Source: Planctomycetota bacterium
GTDB lineage: Bacteria; Planctomycetota; GCA-002687715; DRQF01
DNA: 50,057 nt
Assembly: GCA_036479435.1 (NCBI GenBank)
Contig: JAZGFI010000136.1
Coordinates: 1 to 50,057, forward strand
Direction of reading: 5' to 3'
Shown here: positions 16,461 through 26,242 of the stretch, piece by piece
Numbering within the stretch: position 1 is the first letter of the stretch
Layout: each line of letters opens with the position of its first letter
Program-made: the position numbers and the translations under genes
Notes under the pieces: model-generated
Seen by the model: the letters and a program-made list of their open reading frames with translations, nothing else
Databases searched by the model: none
Told to the model about the DNA's origin: nothing

Positions 16461-17521
16461 CTTGATAAGCGCATTGCATAACCTTGCACCGGCACCGCGA
16501 TGGCCAGGTCGGTATTCGCTACTTCGAACACACAGCGGGCAGCGTTGCGGGCTTTGTTACTCGGAATGGTGAGGCGGAGCCGGTATCGACGCTCGCTCGA
16601 CTCAGGGCTTGGAATGGGTACGACCGAGGTAAAACCGTCGGCTCCCTCTCCCTCAATTCGGGCGACGAAGTCCAGTGATTTAGCCGGGCCCGTGGCTTTC
16701 AAAGTCAACATGGTTTCGACCACCGTCCCGGGCGCACCCCGCAGGCTCACCGAAGGGGGGTCGACGGTCACCGTGGGATGGACCTCCCCTAATACTTGAA
16801 ATGGCACGGTTAGACGCCCATTCACGCCAGCGTTGACCAGTCGAAAAGTAACTGGAATCGACTCTCGCAGACTCAGTGACTCTCTGATGCCAAACATTCG
16901 AAAGCGGTATCTGAGGTGTTGGCCTTCTTTCGGACCCAAAGGCTCAATCGACATAAATGGCGAATTCAACAAAAACCGAACGTCCTTGAGGCTTTCGCCC
17001 TCGGCCGCGTGTAGCTCTAAAACACGCTCGATGCCCGCGATCGGAAACTCGCCTTCAAGGCGCAGTACCGCTGGCTCTAAACGTGCGAGGCCGTAACCCT
17101 GCGCTTTGACCTTGATCAAGCTGGGGTCGGCGTAGGGGTCGTTGCTGTAAATCCAAATGCGCTTCTCGAGATAGCCGATCACCGGGGGCTTGAAATCAAG
17201 CGTCAGCGTGGCCGATTCTCCGGCGGGAATCTCGTGACGGTCCAACGAGGGCTTGGCGCAACCACAGTCCTTTTTGATGCGACCGATAACGAGCGTCTTG
17301 CGACCACGGTTCTCAAGGCGAAAAGCATGCCGCTGAGTTTCAGTCGCGAACATGGGGCCGAAGTCGTGGCTACTTTCAGAAATAAAGAGCCAGGGACCGG
17401 CCCAGTCATCGGGTCGGTCGGCATCATTGCCAGGCCCACAGGAGGTCAAAGCGACCAAGACGGCCGAGACAATGGCCGCGAGCCTACTTAGCGTCCGGTT
17501 TTTGGCGGTAGGCGCAAGCAT
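16457..17521 (-). CDS. DUF1573 (Ig-like) domain lipoprotein
   Basis: Lipobox-like VALTSC; HDFG...FRLENRGRKTLVI...DCGCA...IPAGES...YSNDP. ATG 17521 preferred over TTG 17560. Confidence 0.8.
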   Translation of the reverse strand: MLAPTAKNRTLSRLAAIVSAVLVALTSCGPGNDADRPDDWAGPWLFISESSHDFGPMFATETQRHAFRLENRGRKTLVIGRIKKDCGCAKPSLDRHEIPAGESATLTLDFKPPVIGYLEKRIWIYSNDPYADPSLIKVKAQGYGLARLEPAVLRLEGEFPIAGIERVLELHAAEGESLKDVRFLLNSPFMSIEPLGPKEGQHLRYRFRMFGIRESLSLRESIPVTFRLVNAGVNGRLTVPFQVLGEVHPTVTVDPPSVSLRGAPGTVVETMLTLKATGPAKSLDFVARIEGEGADGFTSVVPIPSPESSERRYRLRLTIPSNKARNAARCVFEVANTDLAIAVPVQGYAMRLSR

Positions 17522-17610
17522 CGGCGGATCATAGCAGGATTGAGAGGATTCCCCCCTCACTTGAGCTTGCTACCATCAGGCTTCGCCAGCTTCGCCAGGG
17601 AGAACCAGGA

Positions 17611-18348
17611 ATGCACCTCGACGCTTTGTCTCGCCGTGTGATCGGCGTTCTCCTCGAAAAGGAAGCCACGACGCCGGGGCAATACCCGCTCTCGGTTAAT
17701 TCTTTAGCCGCCGGATGTAGCCAAAAGAGCAACCGCAACCCCATGATGCAAGTTCACGACACTGAGGTTGAGTCAACGTTGCGCGATCTTTACATTGACG
17801 CTTGGGCTACTAATGTCTCGCAGCCAGGCTCACGAACCTTGAAGTGGAAGCATCGCGTCGAGGAGAAGCTCGACTTAAGAGGGAAACCAATTGCGGTATT
17901 GGCGGAGCTGCTGCTGCGCGGCGATCAGCAACCCGGAGAGCTCAGGTCCCGCGCGAGCCGCATGGTCCCTATTCCAGATCTTGCGAATCTCGAATCAGTC
18001 GTCGAGATCTTGATCCAAAACGGTTTGGCGCGCCGCCTCCCTCCGCGTCCCGGCGAACGAAGTGGTCGCATCGACCACCAACTCTACGCTCCACACGAGA
18101 CACAAGGGGACACTTCCGAGGCAGCCATTGTCGCCAAGAGCGCGGCCTTGGAGACCGCGGATAGAAAAAGCCCCACTTCTTCTCTCGAGGACCGGCCGGC
18201 GGCGCAAAAAGAAGACGACAAGCCCTCGACATCTTTCGCCGACCGGATTTGCGAATTAGAATCCCGGATGACTGATTTTCAACAACGGCTAGAACGCATA
18301 GAGTCGGGAAGCGGCCATCCCGACAAGCGACTTGGCCTCGACGAATAG
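17611..18348 (+). CDS. yceH: YceH/DUF480 family protein
   Basis: RVIGVLLEKEATTPGQYPLSVNSL..GCSQKSNRNPMM, ELLLRGDQQPGELRSRASRM; C-terminal coiled coil. Confidence 0.9.
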   Translation: MHLDALSRRVIGVLLEKEATTPGQYPLSVNSLAAGCSQKSNRNPMMQVHDTEVESTLRDLYIDAWATNVSQPGSRTLKWKHRVEEKLDLRGKPIAVLAELLLRGDQQPGELRSRASRMVPIPDLANLESVVEILIQNGLARRLPPRPGERSGRIDHQLYAPHETQGDTSEAAIVAKSAALETADRKSPTSSLEDRPAAQKEDDKPSTSFADRICELESRMTDFQQRLERIESGSGHPDKRLGLDE

Positions 18349-18362
18349 GCAACTCAACCCCC

Positions 18363-21300
18363 GTGCCCGAATTCTCCATCGACCCTAAGATCGACTTTGA
18401 CGACATCGAGCGCGAGCTTGGTAAGTCCCTGTGGGAACAGGGCACGGTCACGCTCACTGCCAATGATGACAATGATGACGGATTCTTCGAAGCTGAAGTC
18501 AAGCACTTCAACAAGCGAGTCTGGGTATCTCTGCGACGCGAGGGTGAAGCCTTCACTCCAGAGTGCGACTGCCCCCACTACGATGAAACCAACCGCGGCT
18601 GCGAACATCTGTTCGCCTTGCTTCTCGCTTTGGCGGATACCGAACAAAAGGATGGAGATCAGACCGACTTCGCCGACACCCACAAACCCTGTTGGCCGAA
18701 CTACCTCGTCCTCGCCACGCTCTCGGAACAGTCTAAGGGTCTCGCCGTTGCCCTGGAGGACTCAAAAACCGGCGAGGTTATTCCGATCGACCACGATCAT
18801 TGGTGTGACATCGAGGACTCGGCCGACATTGCCGCCATTAGAGCGATGGCCCCCGCCGCTGGAGGTTGGCGCGACCCGCGGCGCGGCGGAGGCCTCCAAC
18901 ACCCGCACGGACCTTGGACTCTCCGCAAGTCGGCCATCCCCTTTCTTCGCGAGGCCTTACCCACCGGCCGCGTGTACTTGGTTCTCGAAGACAAAAGTCG
19001 CCTGCCTCTGACCGAACTTGCCGCGACCAACGAGTTGGTCCTGGCTCCGGTGGGAAAAACTCGCGGGCAAATCGAGATACTGGCGTTTCTAAGGGGCGTA
19101 AATGACCGCAAGCTGCGGCGGCTTTCAGAATTCAGCCTCATTCAAAGCCGAACCCAACCCGCCATTGCCATCGCGAAAGGAGTGGTTTTTCCCGTCGAAG
19201 GATTCGGCGCTGAGGCCTGGCTCAAGACTCTTCGCCGGGGTCCAGGCCTCGACCTTCTCGCCGCAGAAGTCGCGGGCTTCTTCGGCAAGATGGACTTGGA
19301 ACACCCCCTTCCGCGACTTGCTTTCACCGACGACCAGCTGATCTTGCCCATGGAATCAGCAACCCAGCCGCGACCTTGCTTAGAATTGCGATTTAGAGGT
19401 GGACTCGCGCACGGGATCTTGAATTTTCAGTACGGCGAGGCCCCCGCTTTAGCTCTGGAGAAACCCGGCAAATTAGTCCTCGACAGTGTCCACAATCGCC
19501 AGTATCAACGTGTCGCCGCCGCAGAGTCTGCAGCTTTGGAGACCTTGTTTGCCTACGGCACTGAGAACGACCCGGACGACTCTCAGGGATTCATGCTCGA
19601 CCGCGAATCCGCGGTCGCCATGATCCCCCAGCTCATGGAATCTGGATTCAGCATCCGCGTCGAGAATCGACCGGTATCCCGAGGTCGCATCTCAGGATTC
19701 AAGATTCGCGGCAAGAAAAACCAGCTATGGGTCGATGGCGACGTCAAGATCGCCGGCGCCACTGACGCTTCCCCTCAGCCGCTAGCCTCACTGTTGGCGA
19801 GCTACCAACGCGACCATGATTTTATCGAGTTGGAAGAAGGCGGCTTGGCCATCCTAGATGAGGAGTCAAAACTCGCGCTGAAAAAAGCGCTACCCCTCCT
19901 CGACCTCGCCCAAGGCGAGGAGGACGGTTCGCTCACCTTCGCGTTGGGCCAAGCGCCAATCGTCGAGACGATCCTTCAAGACCAACCCAAAAAGTACAAC
20001 AAAGAATTCAACCTGGCGCGTGAACGTCTCGACTCTTGGCAGAAAATTAAGGTATTGGACCCGCCCAAAAAGCTGCAGGCCTCACTGCGCCCCTACCAGC
20101 TACGCGGTTTTTCCTGGCTTTGCTTTCTGGATGAAGTCGGCCTCGGCGGCATCCTCGCCGACGACATGGGACTCGGCAAGACGATTCAAACGATCGCGTT
20201 CTTGTTGCACCGCAAAACCAAAGCCCTGAAGGAAGACTTCCTGATCGTCGTACCGCGCTCGCTCATCGGCAACTGGATGTTTGAGATTGAGCGTTTTGCT
20301 CCCTCGCTTGAGGTTTCGGTTTATCACGGCGCAAAACGCAAGCTCAAGCCGCCGGCGAAAACCGCCGGAAAAGTGATCCTCACCACCTACGGCGTCTTGC
20401 AACGTGATACCGTAACCCTGGGCGCTGTCACCTTTGACACTGTCGTGCTGGACGAAGCCCAGGCCATTAAGAACTCGCAGTCCAAAACCGCACATGCGGC
20501 GCGAGGCCTGAAAGCGGCGCGGCGCCTCGCCCTGAGCGGTACGCCAATCGAGAACGACCTCATCGAGCTGTGGTCGCTGATGGAGTTTTGCAATCCCGGA
20601 CTGCTCGGAACGCGACGGGGATTTGCTCAAAGTTGGGGACGCGTCGAAACCAAAGATCTGGAGCCCCTTCGCCGGGCCACGGCTCCCCTCATCTTGAGGC
20701 GCACCAAAAAAGAAGTCGCGCCGGAATTACCAGCCCTCGTCGAACAAACGGTGCTTTGCGACATGGGCGAAGTCCAAGCTGGACATTACGAGGCCCTGCG
20801 CATCGCGACTCAAACGCGATTGGAGAAAAAAGACCTCGCGATCCAATCTCCGGTTCAAGTACTCGAAGCTCTCTTGCGACTCCGCCAGATCGCCTGCCAT
20901 CCCGGCTTGGTGGGCAAAAGCGGTGACTCCGGGAAGATCGACTTGCTTTTGGAACGCCTCGCTGAGCTGGAGAAAACCGGAGCCAAGGCCTTGGTTTTCA
21001 GTCAGTTTACGAGTTTGCTGTCCATCGTCCGCGACTCACTCCGAGCGCGTGGACAAGAACCGCTGTGGCTGGATGGCAAAACCCGCGACCGCGAAACGCC
21101 GATCCGACGCTTCCAAGAGGAAACAGACGAACGCGTCTTCCTCATTTCCCTGAAGGCTGGCGGCACTGGGCTCAACCTGACGGCGGCCGATGTCGTCTTT
21201 GTCCTTGACCCCTGGTGGAACCCCGCCGCCGAGGCTCAAGCCATCGCCCGTGCTCATCGCATTGGGCGTCAAGGATCGGTGCTGGCCCAGCGCCTCGTTA

Positions 21301-21440
21301 GCCGAGGGACCATTGAAGAGGCCATCTTGGTCATGCAACAAGAGAAACGCGAACTTGCAAATGCCATCCTCGCGGACAGTGATGCCACGACGAAGAAACT
21401 CTCACTATCTGATCTGAGCGGCCTGCTCGCGGGAGGTTAG
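18363..21440 (+). CDS. SWIM zinc finger + SNF2-family helicase
   Basis: SWIM CDC...GCEH; LRPYQ, LADDMGLGKT, LDEAQAIKN, LSGTPIEN, LRRTK, VFSQF, SLKAGGTGLNL, DPWWNPA, RAHRIGR. Confidence 0.95.
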   Translation: MPEFSIDPKIDFDDIERELGKSLWEQGTVTLTANDDNDDGFFEAEVKHFNKRVWVSLRREGEAFTPECDCPHYDETNRGCEHLFALLLALADTEQKDGDQTDFADTHKPCWPNYLVLATLSEQSKGLAVALEDSKTGEVIPIDHDHWCDIEDSADIAAIRAMAPAAGGWRDPRRGGGLQHPHGPWTLRKSAIPFLREALPTGRVYLVLEDKSRLPLTELAATNELVLAPVGKTRGQIEILAFLRGVNDRKLRRLSEFSLIQSRTQPAIAIAKGVVFPVEGFGAEAWLKTLRRGPGLDLLAAEVAGFFGKMDLEHPLPRLAFTDDQLILPMESATQPRPCLELRFRGGLAHGILNFQYGEAPALALEKPGKLVLDSVHNRQYQRVAAAESAALETLFAYGTENDPDDSQGFMLDRESAVAMIPQLMESGFSIRVENRPVSRGRISGFKIRGKKNQLWVDGDVKIAGATDASPQPLASLLASYQRDHDFIELEEGGLAILDEESKLALKKALPLLDLAQGEEDGSLTFALGQAPIVETILQDQPKKYNKEFNLARERLDSWQKIKVLDPPKKLQASLRPYQLRGFSWLCFLDEVGLGGILADDMGLGKTIQTIAFLLHRKTKALKEDFLIVVPRSLIGNWMFEIERFAPSLEVSVYHGAKRKLKPPAKTAGKVILTTYGVLQRDTVTLGAVTFDTVVLDEAQAIKNSQSKTAHAARGLKAARRLALSGTPIENDLIELWSLMEFCNPGLLGTRRGFAQSWGRVETKDLEPLRRATAPLILRRTKKEVAPELPALVEQTVLCDMGEVQAGHYEALRIATQTRLEKKDLAIQSPVQVLEALLRLRQIACHPGLVGKSGDSGKIDLLLERLAELEKTGAKALVFSQFTSLLSIVRDSLRARGQEPLWLDGKTRDRETPIRRFQEETDERVFLISLKAGGTGLNLTAADVVFVLDPWWNPAAEAQAIARAHRIGRQGSVLAQRLVSRGTIEEAILVMQQEKRELANAILADSDATTKKLSLSDLSGLLAGG

Positions 21441-21477
21441 TGGGTATTAGTATATTGCGGCCGATCGCCCCGCTACG

Positions 21478-22044
21478 TTAGGCCTTGACGCGCTCGTGGT
21501 ACTTGCCGGTGGCCGTCTGGATGCGAATTCGATCGCCTTCTTTGATGAAGATCGGGACTTGCACCTCAACCCCCACGTCCAGAGTTGCCGGCTTCACTTG
21601 ATTGGTGACCTTCACCGATTTCACGCCCTGCATGGTCTCTTTGACCGTGCGAGTGATGTATTCCGGCCAGGCGATTCCGACGACCGCACCGTCGGCAAAC
21701 TCGAGCTCGACGGTTTCCCCTTCGGCGTAAAAGCGAATGGAGTCCCCGACCATCTCCTCAGATAGGGTGTATTCCTCGAAGGTTACTTCGTCCATAAAGA
21801 TGATGTGAATGCCGCTTCGGTAAGAAAAGGTCGACTTCTTCTTTTCGGTGAAGACCTGCTCAACGGTTTCGGTAATCCGGAATCGATGCTCGCGGATATT
21901 GCCACTCGGGATCGCCCGGAGTTTCGCCTGCAGATAGGCTGGGCCCTTACCTGGTTTGACGTGACTGAACTCCGCGACGATCATCAATTCGCCGTTCAGC
22001 CGAATCGCGTTCCCACGCCGCAAATCACCCGCTTCTTTCGCCAC
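21478..22044 (-). CDS. efp: Elongation factor P
   Basis: HVKPGKGPAY loop, KPATL..G..VQVPIFIKEGD, TATGKYHER. Confidence 0.96.
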   Translation of the reverse strand: MAKEAGDLRRGNAIRLNGELMIVAEFSHVKPGKGPAYLQAKLRAIPSGNIREHRFRITETVEQVFTEKKKSTFSYRSGIHIIFMDEVTFEEYTLSEEMVGDSIRFYAEGETVELEFADGAVVGIAWPEYITRTVKETMQGVKSVKVTNQVKPATLDVGVEVQVPIFIKEGDRIRIQTATGKYHERVKA

Positions 22045-22113
22045 GATAGTCCCCAGCTAAATAATCCGCTTGGTCAAGTATAGGTGAGCGCAGGATATCA
22101 AACCTCCAACAAC

Positions 22114-23448
22114 TCAAACAAACAACGAGATCCCCCGTCGCGGTACTTTGAAACCCGGAAAAAAGCCCTTCGGCAAGGCCTGGCCCAGGTGATTCTCAAG
22201 CGTCTGGCGAAAGATCTCGCGAAAGTCCGTCGTAACCTGAAGGTCTCGGCCCTGGTAGAGCTTCTTACTGTCTAGTCCTGGCCATTTTCCGTGGACCTTG
22301 CCGCCGTCGACCGTTCCCCCCAATGCCAACATGCAACTGCCGTGACCGTGGTCAGTACCCTTGTTCCCGTTTTCAAGACAGGTTCGACCAAACTCAGACA
22401 TGACCAGAACAAGAACGTCCTTCATCTTTTCGTCGCCGAGTTCCTTGGCGAAAGTCGCGAGGCCGGAGCCGACGTCTTTGAGCTTACGGCTCATATTGCC
22501 AACCGCACCACCCTGATTGGTATGGGTATCCCATCCTCCGGTATCGATGGCGACAACTTCTAGGCCAGCGTCCGCCTTGATCACCCGGGCCACACGGAGC
22601 AGTTTCGAAGCGAGAGAATAGCGCGGGAGTTTCTTTGATCCGGCAAGGTCACCCTTTTTCTCGAGTACTTCGAAGAGTTCACGAAGCGCTGCGATCGTCT
22701 CTTGCCCCACCGCAACGGCACCACCTGAATCGTCTTTCCGGCGCTTGCCTCCCTCCATCGAGGATGACGGCGCGCCACCGTAGAGATCATCAAAAACATC
22801 CAAAACGTCATCGATTTCACGTTGGCGTCGCGTCGGTACTGCCAACACGGGATAACGCCCCCGCAAAGACCGTGGCAGTAGCCGCTGCATCGTGAGGCCG
22901 CGCAAGCGACGATCGCCTTGTTTGTTGGCAGCAAGGCTTAGATAGCGATTGAGCCAACCCTCTTTGACGGTCCGCATGCCGGGTGCCGCGTACTCCATGA
23001 AGTCCTGGGCGTCAAAGTGACTGCGAGTTGGATGCGGCGACCCGGTGCAGACGATCGGTGCCAGTTGTTTTTTAGACCAAGCGGCCTTTAAGTCCGACAG
23101 GGCCGGATGAAGGCCAAACTTGTCGTCCAACTTCCACACTGAGTCCTGCGCCTTGGCGGGCTTCGTCAAGATCCCGATGCCCGGGCGGTAGCGGGAGTAG
23201 TTTTTATCTCCCCAAGGCACGACAATGTTGAGTGCATCAGCTCCACCGCGCAGGTAAACAACCACCACGGTCTTTTTGCTCGCCGATGGCAAGGGCATCC
23301 CGCTGGCAAAAAGCCCGGGTGAGAGTGCCTTTAGCGGTGACGAGATCAAAGCCAACTGCGCCGAGCCCAAGGCCGCGCTAACGAGAAATTGGCGCCGGGC
23401 GCGGCTGCGCGAGGGACTCCGGGTTGGTTTTGGTTCTTGGTCCTTCAT
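22114..23448 (-). CDS. DUF1501 family protein (Tat-exported)
   Basis: ARRQFL Tat motif; VVVYLRGGADALN, RSHFDAQ, GGWDTHTNQ, SEFGRT, GTDHGHG. Confidence 0.93.
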   Translation of the reverse strand: MKDQEPKPTRSPSRSRARRQFLVSAALGSAQLALISSPLKALSPGLFASGMPLPSASKKTVVVVYLRGGADALNIVVPWGDKNYSRYRPGIGILTKPAKAQDSVWKLDDKFGLHPALSDLKAAWSKKQLAPIVCTGSPHPTRSHFDAQDFMEYAAPGMRTVKEGWLNRYLSLAANKQGDRRLRGLTMQRLLPRSLRGRYPVLAVPTRRQREIDDVLDVFDDLYGGAPSSSMEGGKRRKDDSGGAVAVGQETIAALRELFEVLEKKGDLAGSKKLPRYSLASKLLRVARVIKADAGLEVVAIDTGGWDTHTNQGGAVGNMSRKLKDVGSGLATFAKELGDEKMKDVLVLVMSEFGRTCLENGNKGTDHGHGSCMLALGGTVDGGKVHGKWPGLDSKKLYQGRDLQVTTDFREIFRQTLENHLGQALPKGFFPGFKVPRRGISLFV

Positions 23449-23449
23449 C

Positions 23450-25171
23450 TCATTGCTCCTGAAACTCCGGTGAGCCGATCAGCACGCCCAACAGAAAACG
23501 CTCAATGCCGTCAAAACGATCGGCGAGTGGTTTTCGTTTTTTCTTCTCGTCCTTCGGGTTCTTTTTGCCCTTTGACGGCTTTTTCCCCATGGCCTTTGCC
23601 TCGGCCTTCTCGCGTTGGATGCGGTCGTAGCGGCGAGACGCATCGATGCAGAAGCGCAGGGTTTCCTCCCGCATACCGCCGGGCAAGACCTCTTTCGCCA
23701 AACTAGCGATCATGGCGTGACGGTTTTTGTTCTTGAGGTGAATGAACAAGGTCTCGGGCACTTCAACCCCGGGAATCCGGTTGCGGACCAAGTCGAGGGC
23801 AAATCTCCAGCGCCCTACCATGACGCCAGGATCGCGCCATGACTCCGCGGTATCGCGATATCCGGTTGGGTCTTCGCAGTTGTAGATGGGCTGCCCCATG
23901 CCCTCGAGAGTACGCCTCAGAGCGGCAATCTTGACGATGTTGGCACTGGTAACGCGCAGGGCCGAAATGACGAATTCGAGCGGTGTTTTGAATTTTGAGC
24001 GATAGTGCCGCGGTCGATAAAACTCGTCCGAAGCGACAATGTGTTTCACCGCAGTCCCAAGGTTCATGTCGGAGCTTCGTAACTTCGCCGCCGTCGTCTT
24101 GACCAAAACCGGCGGGGGCTCGTCACTAACTAAGTACCGACACAACTTCTCAGCCAAAAATGTCGCCGTCAGCGGATGGCGCGCCAAGCGGTCCAATACC
24201 AAAAGACCCTCTTTCGTGCCGTGCCGCAGCTTTTGCCTCGGCACTGTTTTCCCCAGCAAAAACTTGTCGCCATGCACATGCATGTTCTCGTCGAAGCTGA
24301 AGGTGTAGCGATTTTCCAAGGTGTCTACGGTCCAACCCGTAAAGATCTCCGCCACCGCAATGACGTCTTTTTGGGTATAGCCGCGATCGACACCCAAGGT
24401 GTGCAACTCTAAAAGCTCGCGCGCATAGTTCTCGTTGAGACCCCGTTGAGAAGCGATTTGTGCGGCCTCCTCACCTCGCTCGCGAGACCCCGTCGCCCTT
24501 CGCACTTTTCGGGCCACGGATTTCAACTCCGTCTTGTTGGGCGGGCGGCGAGAAATGTGGTTGTCTAGATAGACGAGCATCGCAGGGTGTTGGGCCGAGG
24601 CAAGCAACATGTCTCGAAAGCTCCCAAAGACCCGATCGCGCAAGACGATTCGATCGTATTCAACGGCGGTCCAAAATACGGAGTCCTTGGACCGGTCAAC
24701 GTTGAAGTGGTTGCGCCAAAAGTCAGACATGACTTCGCCGACTTGCTGAGAGTTGTAGGTCGCACGAACGAAAACCGACCCGGTCAGTTCGTTGCTCAGC
24801 TCGCCGCGGCGGCTGGGCGCCCCTTCTTTGCGTAAGACGTATTTGTCGTAGACGTCGTTGGAACTCAAGCCAAGCGAAGCAAATCGGCTCAGGCGCTCTG
24901 CGGTCACAAAATCCAATCGGGGGAGTTCGAACTGGGCGGCGAGCCAAGATTCTAGGCCAGCCTTCTCAACTTCATCGACGAGTTTCTTGGTGGGGCCAAA
25001 GGTGACGCGAGAAAGCAGGTGTACAATGCGTTCTCTCCCCTGCAGGGAATCGGCCGCGTCCTGAGTCCGATCTTGGGCAGAAACCGCTGCGACATTCACC
25101 ATCACCACCGCGGCAAAGGCGCAAGCCCAGGAAATGGCGAGAATGGCAGGGTTGAACTTCGGCGTCGACAT
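23450..25171 (-). CDS. DUF1800 family protein
   Basis: HLLSRVTFGP, DFWRNHFNV, HPAMLVYLDN, GLNENYARELLELHTLGV, FTGWT, SPEFQ; 1 nt from the DUF1501 start. Confidence 0.94.
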   Translation of the reverse strand: MSTPKFNPAILAISWACAFAAVVMVNVAAVSAQDRTQDAADSLQGRERIVHLLSRVTFGPTKKLVDEVEKAGLESWLAAQFELPRLDFVTAERLSRFASLGLSSNDVYDKYVLRKEGAPSRRGELSNELTGSVFVRATYNSQQVGEVMSDFWRNHFNVDRSKDSVFWTAVEYDRIVLRDRVFGSFRDMLLASAQHPAMLVYLDNHISRRPPNKTELKSVARKVRRATGSRERGEEAAQIASQRGLNENYARELLELHTLGVDRGYTQKDVIAVAEIFTGWTVDTLENRYTFSFDENMHVHGDKFLLGKTVPRQKLRHGTKEGLLVLDRLARHPLTATFLAEKLCRYLVSDEPPPVLVKTTAAKLRSSDMNLGTAVKHIVASDEFYRPRHYRSKFKTPLEFVISALRVTSANIVKIAALRRTLEGMGQPIYNCEDPTGYRDTAESWRDPGVMVGRWRFALDLVRNRIPGVEVPETLFIHLKNKNRHAMIASLAKEVLPGGMREETLRFCIDASRRYDRIQREKAEAKAMGKKPSKGKKNPKDEKKKRKPLADRFDGIERFLLGVLIGSPEFQEQ

Positions 25172-25268
25172 CCGGGCTCCTTCTCATGGGCTCGTGCCCC
25201 GAGAATGACACATCGGGCCCGATGTCGTCTACGGCATTTGAGAATTTGGGACGAGATCGACGTCGGGT

Positions 25269-26066
25269 TCAGACTTGAGGGCGAAGACGCTTCTTCAGGA
25301 TTTCGCCGGTTTCGCGAAAAAAGCCGCCCTCAATGTGATCCCAGTCGTGATCGAACAAAAAAGTCGCACGGTAGGCCTGGCCACCCAGGTCGAATCTGAC
25401 GAAATCATCAACGTGATGCTCGACCTCTATTAGGCGCGAGCGCGGATGCAGGCGCATCAGCGCCACGGCGTTTTGGTAGTGGTAGGACTCGTCGCGAGTC
25501 AGGCGGCGGATGAATTTCAAGAATTTGGGATGCCCCAGGCTGCGGTAGAGCTCAAAGTCTAGGTGATACGCACGGGTCGTGGCAAGCTCGTCGTAGGCGA
25601 AAAGGCAGCAGAGACGAAATTCGTCCCCAAAAAAAGTCGCCAAGGGTTCAAAGTGAGGTTTGCGTTCCGCGAGACGGGCATCGATCGACTCGTCGCTCTC
25701 GCCGTAAAGCAATTTATAGAGGACGCGAAAGCCCCGGTAGTGATTCAACTCGTCGGCGAGCCAAACTGTTGCGAATTCCCAAAATTCAGCCCCGTAGACA
25801 TCTGGCCCCGCCAGCAAATGGCGATGCAAAGAAAGGGCGTCGTACTCGGCGCAAAGGTCGAACCAAAAGAACTCGCGAAGCGATGAGATCTTGTCAGGAC
25901 TGAGGGCGACGTCAGCGGCCGTCAGGTCGCTCAGAAAAGCGGCGGCATCCCAGCGCCCGGCCTTGGGTCTAAATTCGGAACCAGGGGGAGTCGAAGCGAG
26001 CGCGGAATCGGTCCAAATCGGCAGCATGTGTAGGGCTTGGGCTTCGAGATGAGTGACTTGGCCCAC
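25269..26066 (-). CDS. Ferritin-like (di-iron) domain protein
   Basis: E...WLADELNH...DE...RDESYH ligand pattern; start GTG 26066 or ATG 26027. Confidence 0.7.
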   Translation of the reverse strand: MGQVTHLEAQALHMLPIWTDSALASTPPGSEFRPKAGRWDAAAFLSDLTAADVALSPDKISSLREFFWFDLCAEYDALSLHRHLLAGPDVYGAEFWEFATVWLADELNHYRGFRVLYKLLYGESDESIDARLAERKPHFEPLATFFGDEFRLCCLFAYDELATTRAYHLDFELYRSLGHPKFLKFIRRLTRDESYHYQNAVALMRLHPRSRLIEVEHHVDDFVRFDLGGQAYRATFLFDHDWDHIEGGFFRETGEILKKRLRPQV

Positions 26067-26098
26067 GCCAAACTTGGGTCGCGCCAGCCAGGAAACAG

Positions 26099-26125
26099 AA
26101 AAAGCCGAGCTAGGCTCGGCTTTTT
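26099..26125. terminator. Bidirectional intrinsic terminator directly after the tRNA
   Basis: AAAAA-GCCGAGC-TAG-GCTCGGC-TTTTT. Confidence 0.9.
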
Positions 26126-26130
26126 CTTAG

Positions 26131-26203
<73 letters not shown>

Positions 26204-26214
26204 TCATGTCCGAC

Positions 26215-26242
26215 AGTATAGGTCACCAAAATCACCCTTCAA
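26215..26242 (-). promoter_or_regulatory. Sigma70 promoter of the tRNA
   Basis: TTGAAG-N16-TATACT ending 11 nt before the tRNA 5' end. Confidence 0.7.

Noticed and set aside
15475..17560. Selenocysteine read-through in the DUF1573/rhodanese/MauE genes
   Set aside because: The CGC motifs are plain Cys codons, and the TGA stops fall at natural domain ends or ATGA overlaps.
18363..21440. SNF2 helicase as part of an anti-phage system
   Set aside because: SWIM-SNF2 architecture with no methylase, nuclease or other defence genes nearby.
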